Below, one piece after another: positions 61,419 to 64,000 of a stretch of DNA of 64,000 bases. The stretch comes from Lingula anatina (taxonomy: Eukaryota; Animalia; Brachiopoda), in NCBI GenBank assembly GCA_051362555.1, contig CM120648.1, forward strand, positions 12,334,587 through 12,398,586. The letters are read 5' to 3'. The translations under genes were made by a program, and so were the position numbers. Numbering within the stretch: the first letter of the stretch is position 1; each line of letters opens with the position of its first letter. Below the pieces are notes generated by a model. The model did not search any database and was not told the DNA's origin. It saw nothing but the letters and a program-made list of their open reading frames with translations.

Positions 61419-63739
61419 AAGCAGGGGCGGATTGAGGCCGTCTTCTAGGTCTTCCGGAAGTCGGTCAGATTTTCAAGTTAACATGATGGGTAGGCCTATA
61501 TCTATTTTTCTTCGGAAGATGGTCAAAAATGGAGGAAGGATCAACAGGGATAATTTGGAAGACTGTCAGAAAATGTCTCTGGATACGCCACTGAGAAGAC
61601 AAAAAAAAAAAAAAAAGAAAAAAACATAAAACTGACTGACTTCCGATCCTTCCTCTCACCTTCTGCACTTTGGCCTCTACAGATTGTGTCATGCTGGTAA
61701 TATTCACTTCTCTCGATTCCACTTGCTCATACTAAACCAAACAGTCATGCAAACCACCAACAACTAATAAACCAACCCTGAAATCAAAAGCAAAGAAGTT
61801 CAAGTTTCTATACTAAACAGTCAAATCCCTATATAATTATAAACCTTTCCAATCAAAATGTTAAATATGTATTTCCATGTTCAACTTGCAGACCAGATAC
61901 ATAGCAAATAAAGCACTGAGTGTCATCAGCACTATCTCAGACACTGTGCTGGCAAAGAAGGTACCAGGAGAAGAACCCACTGTTATAGCCACCAAGACTT
62001 TGAGTGTCAAGGTGGGTGAGCTTTGCAAAGAAAAAGATTGAACCCACATGCTTGAAGATTTAACATGTAGTATGTTTTAACTATTGTGATAAGGCTAATT
62101 GTCAGTTTTGCTCTTGCATTGGTTCAAATGGTTACAGGATATGTATCTTTCAGTATTGGTGCCCCAGTTCCATTAAAATGCCAGAGTAGAATGTCAGTTA
62201 AAGCTATTCTTGTCATATTTAAGAAATGTTAAGCATCTTTAAGTTTAGAAATGATATGGCTAGACACAAATATTAACTTTGTCATGTTAACAAATCTCAA
62301 TCATATTGATAATTACCTAAAAAATTACCAATTTGTAAGTAATATGGTAGCAGAATGTTTGTTGAAAAGGAATCAAACCCTTTGGGCAACTCTCTTATTA
62401 TTTGATAGAAAATTAAGCCCAATATATTTTCCCCATCAATATTTATTTTAACTTGAATCAGTTTTGCACCAGTCTACTGCAGTTCACTCATTTTTTGAAG
62501 TCATCCATGACATCATATGCTTTATGCCATGTGTAATTGTGTTTTAGTGTCAAAAATTGGGCCTGGACGCAATGAGTAGTTCCCACCAACTGCAAGTGCC
62601 CCAGCTCATTTCAGCAGAAGGGGGGAGTGATGAGACACCACCGTGTATGGTCGGCAGCTTTGCTTTACCTCCTGTTCAAAATATGCTTAGTGATGGTCAT
62701 GAGAGTATGTCTGCTGCAGTTAATTTGCAGGTATAGCTGTTTTTTTTTTATTTAATTTTGTTTTGTTTACTATGTGCCTTTAAGGCAGGGATGTAGGTTA
62801 GATTTTATCTTAAAATAAAAGTGTCAACTTTTTTTTATTCCTGTTACATTCATTTAATGGATCTTTGAAACATGCAATTATATGCTTGAAACACAGCTCC
62901 ATGTATGTGTATGGAGAGGGAGGGGTATTGTTATGATCAAAGACAGGTTTGTTTCCTTGATGTTATTTAACTTTTTCATTTAACAATGTAAATGCTTTCA
63001 GAGAGCTCTGTTTATATATGATTCCTTGAACATAGGTATATTTTAGTATCTAACAGTAAAATGGGTGTTTATTTATTGATTTATTTATCAGATATTCTAC
63101 ATGCCGGAGAATCCATTCACCTGGGATGTTTCAGCTCAAGATGTCACCTCCGGCTGCTCTGGTATTGAAATGACTATAGATGGCGCTAGGTCCCAGCTCA
63201 ACTGGCTACCAGTACCAATGGATATTTACATCCCTGTTGGAAGTAAGAAACTAAAAGATGTTGTGTAGACTAGTGACTTATTGTTACAAAATATTGCATG
63301 AAAGGGATTCATTCTGATTGCACTTTTGATATTTTGTCTTAAATGCCAAATTTTAGCTTTTCATTTTTTTATTCTATCAGAACATTTTATGCAGACATTT
63401 TCCATGCTATATAAAAAAAACTTTGCTAGGCAATTGATTTTGAGTGAACATGTAGCAAGTTTGTTGATGGCCTCAGTTGGGAACAGGTCTACATGAGATT
63501 TAAACAATACCATTAAAGACTTTTTAAAATCTTAAGCCTTTATTCTAGAGGCTGACATGAACTGTGGTATCACCACCCTCCAACTTGAAGGAGGGACTAA
63601 CGGGACCATGGAGGACGTCATTTACTTCAAGTTTGATGCTGAGACCAACAAATCACATCAGATCACCATCTGGCCAGTAGACAATAATACCACCCTGCAA
63701 GTTTACCTGAAAGCCAATGCCAGGCCTAGCAAGGAAGAG
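23586..63739 (+). CDS. Polycystin-1-like (PKD1L/REJ family) receptor, 5' 18 exons, continues past window end
   Basis: Phase-consistent exons: 23586(or 23631)-23691 signal peptide; 24521-24704 and 29460-29716 C-type lectin (CPSGW..CY..YWIGL..ICE); 30354-30533 Sushi; 32393-32572 TSP1 (WLAWGAWSSCSVICG); 36718-36844 Cys-rich; 37359-37585, 38309-38524 and 39113-39258 REJ (GICTVSPSTG..TNFSVNCSGFSD); then 58199-58319, 58724-58806, 59256-59381, 60214-60305, 60841-60946, 61892-62011, 62548-62730, 63092-63242 (NPFTW) and 63549-63739 (LQVYLKANARPS), typical of the GAIN-proximal region. Exact orthology unresolved. Confidence 0.88.
24121..24495 (+). repeat. Decayed ~78-bp tandem repeat related to the start of the C-type lectin exon
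   Basis: CCCTG(T/C)CCCAGTGGATGG units match exon sequence CCTGTCCCAGTGGATGG at 24539. Confidence 0.85.
25184..25533. mobile_element. Kolobok-like MITE
   Basis: Perfect 16-bp TIR AGGGATAATAACTCTT flanked by TTAA on both sides. Confidence 0.75.
27824..28331. repeat. Direct duplication of ~185 bp, each copy preceded by (TA)n
   Basis: TGTCTCAATTAAAAACTTCTGG... at ~27825 and ~28148. Confidence 0.85.
32537..33030 (+). repeat. 50-bp x10 minisatellite containing the TSP1 exon end and donor
   Basis: CCAG|GTA donors at 32573, 32623, 32726, 32776, 32826, 32876, 32926, 32976 and 33026; unit 3 is 53 bp and lacks the donor. Confidence 0.95.
34840..35415. repeat. ~148-bp x4 tandem repeat (likely internal to a Helentron-type element)
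   Basis: TATCTCCAAAACTG.CAGAGATA...GTGACCTTGAAATTGACCTTTGACC recurs. Confidence 0.85.
37120..37405 (+). repeat. 75-79-bp x4 repeat containing an acceptor and exon start
   Basis: TAG acceptors end at 37128, 37203, 37279 and 37358 (the in-frame one). Confidence 0.9.
38107..38350 (+). repeat. 56-bp x4 repeat containing an acceptor and exon start
   Basis: GTAG|GTACAAGTC acceptors end at 38140, 38196, 38252 and 38308 (the in-frame one). Confidence 0.95.
39644..42914 (-). mobile_element. hAT-superfamily transposon (hAT5-like) with 5-bp TSD GAGTG
   Basis: Imperfect TIRs CAGTGTTCTCAATAA / reverse complement CAGGGATTTCCATTA. GAGTG is duplicated at 39639-39643 and 42915-42919; the empty-site sequence is known from neighbouring tandem-repeat units. 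Confidence 0.85.
39861..42185 (-). pseudogene. ZNF862/C17orf113-like hAT transposase pseudogene
   Basis: N-terminal zinc finger (MKCSVC..SSLLRH..SQSH), DDE core (IMVDES, GLGSDGAAVMMG, HVHCLSHKLAL, VRWLS) and hATC domain (VIPLNSASCERGFS..KTKTRNRL). Premature TGA at 41119-41121 and a frameshift near 40080. Confidence 0.85.
43420..43715. mobile_element. MITE with 24-bp TIRs
   Basis: CTCCTGGTAAAGGTGGGGTAAACA / TGTTTACTCCACCTTTACCAGGAG (1 mismatch). Confidence 0.7.
43717..44430 (+). mobile_element. Internally deleted, inverted derivative of the same Harbinger
   Basis: 43717-~44140 is the reverse complement of 50286-~49865 (TIR plus truncated transposase ORF 43901-44122); ~44297-44430 is the reverse complement of ~44545-44687; its second TIR is missing. 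Confidence 0.9.
44712..47134 (+). CDS. Harbinger Myb/SANT-like DNA-binding protein, 5 exons, 263 aa
   Basis: Exons 44712-45099, 46167-46247, 46438-46575, 46749-46781 and 46983-47134 total 792 nt, all introns phase 1. RKTNWSVRETSLL...WEEI..VS...RS..ECKEKW...GTGG is the Myb_DNA-bind_5 pattern, followed by an acidic linker and a coiled-coil-like C-terminus. Confidence 0.85.
47991..48238 (+). pseudogene. Degenerate inverted copy of the transposase 5' coding region inside the Harbinger
   Basis: Aligns by eye to the reverse complement of 49813-50060 (AATCCAC.TAGACAGAGGAGA...CTGATTCTGAACTG...TATCTCCAAGT.GTTGGTG) with indels and stops. Confidence 0.85.
48249..50102 (-). CDS. Harbinger transposase (HARBI1-like DDE nuclease), 3 exons, 348 aa, no disruption seen
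   Basis: Exons 50102-49538, 48998-48737 and 48468-48249 total 1047 nt. Motifs: ALRFYACGSY, IGCLDGTH, NRKNYHSLNVQAICD, WPGSVHD, LLGDSGY, FNRAH..TR..IERVFGMWKKRFGCL, ACAILHN. Second intron is GC-AG. Confidence 0.92.
51169..56670 (+). mobile_element. Helentron-associated (HINE/DINE-like) repeat with internal ~125-bp tandem units
   Basis: Starts in a T-rich site with palindrome TTATGTACAGACAC-AGAT-GTGTCTGTACATAA, then a (GTC)n microsatellite and repeated CAGGTCAAGTTCGAAAATCAGCATGATCGG units. The 3' end is approximate. Same family occurs at 10980-15673 (-) and 63890-64000. Confidence 0.65.
55894..56122 (+). mobile_element. Short DINE/HINE-type element nested in the larger repeat
   Basis: CTCTGCCAAGGAGGTTAT near the 5' end, inverted CCTTGGCAGAG near the 3' end, and a CTAGTTTT terminus. 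Confidence 0.6.
56780..56930 (-). mobile_element. tRNA-derived SINE (central domain resembles the MetaSINE core)
   Basis: Minus strand has A box TGGCTCAAATGG, B-box-like GGATCAATCCC, then GGTCATACCAAAGA..AAAATGGTACCTACTG..GCACTCAGCAT. The superfamily call is from memory. Confidence 0.7.
57345..58086. mobile_element. Kolobok-like non-autonomous element
   Basis: TIR GGACG(T/C)TCTCT flanked by TTAA at 57341-57344 and 58087-58090. Confidence 0.7.
59483..59911. mobile_element. Non-autonomous element with many TTGCAA-type subterminal repeats (related end at ~36270-36658)
   Basis: CCCTCCGCAAAAT...ATTTTGCTAAGGG ends; CTTTTCATTTTGCTAAGGGT recurs at ~36639-36658. Confidence 0.5.
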
Positions 63740-63889
63740 GTATGCTGCTTAGTCAGTGCATTTATGTGTAACCAAAAAAGAGTTATGATAAATTTTTAAT
63801 ATATTTTTTCACAGATATGCTCTTTCTGAAGTAAATTATGTGGTCAGTTATTGTTGAATTATAAGTATTGAATAGGTACTTGATTTTTT

Positions 63890-64000
63890 TATGTACAGAC
63901 ACAGATGTGTCTGTACATATAGCCATCATCTGCGTCTGTCGTCGCCGTCGTCGCCGTCGCCGTGCACTTTTACCGATAACACGATAAGTGGAAAACCATT
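63890..64000 (+). mobile_element. 5' end of a third HINE-like copy
   Basis: Same palindrome TATGTACAGACACAGATGTGTCTGTACATA and GTCGTCGCC microsatellite as at 51169. Confidence 0.75.

Noticed and set aside
61465-61722. Minus-strand ORF resembling the receptor exon (MESREVNITSMTQS)
   Set aside because: Not a separate gene; it is the 93-bp inverted duplicate reported as a finding.

Overview
AT-rich, intron-rich metazoan DNA, probably a marine invertebrate (taxon not determinable from sequence alone). The ORF track is mostly noise; gene models were assembled by hand from splice sites and frame continuity. Two + strand host genes are present: a complete PQLC2/SLC66A1 lysosomal cationic amino-acid transporter (CDS 3755-9629, 330 aa, last intron U12-type) and the 5' part of a PKD1-like/REJ receptor (18 exons, 23586-63739, continues beyond the window; signal peptide, C-type lectin, Sushi, TSP1, Cys-rich, REJ, GAIN-like). 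Its 19-kb intron 9 holds a dead hAT with a 5-bp TSD, an apparently intact two-gene PIF/Harbinger, an inverted Harbinger derivative, a long Helentron-type repeat, MITEs and a SINE. Most unusual: (1) tandem minisatellites built from exon-intron junctions that multiply splice sites at six or more exons, one with a stop-free in-frame read-through; (2) a Harbinger with an antisense copy of its own transposase just after the stop codon, plus a Mu-killer-like inverted derivative; (3) an inverted intronic copy of an exon end and its donor; (4) a minimal hammerhead ribozyme motif. All functional interpretations are untested inferences.
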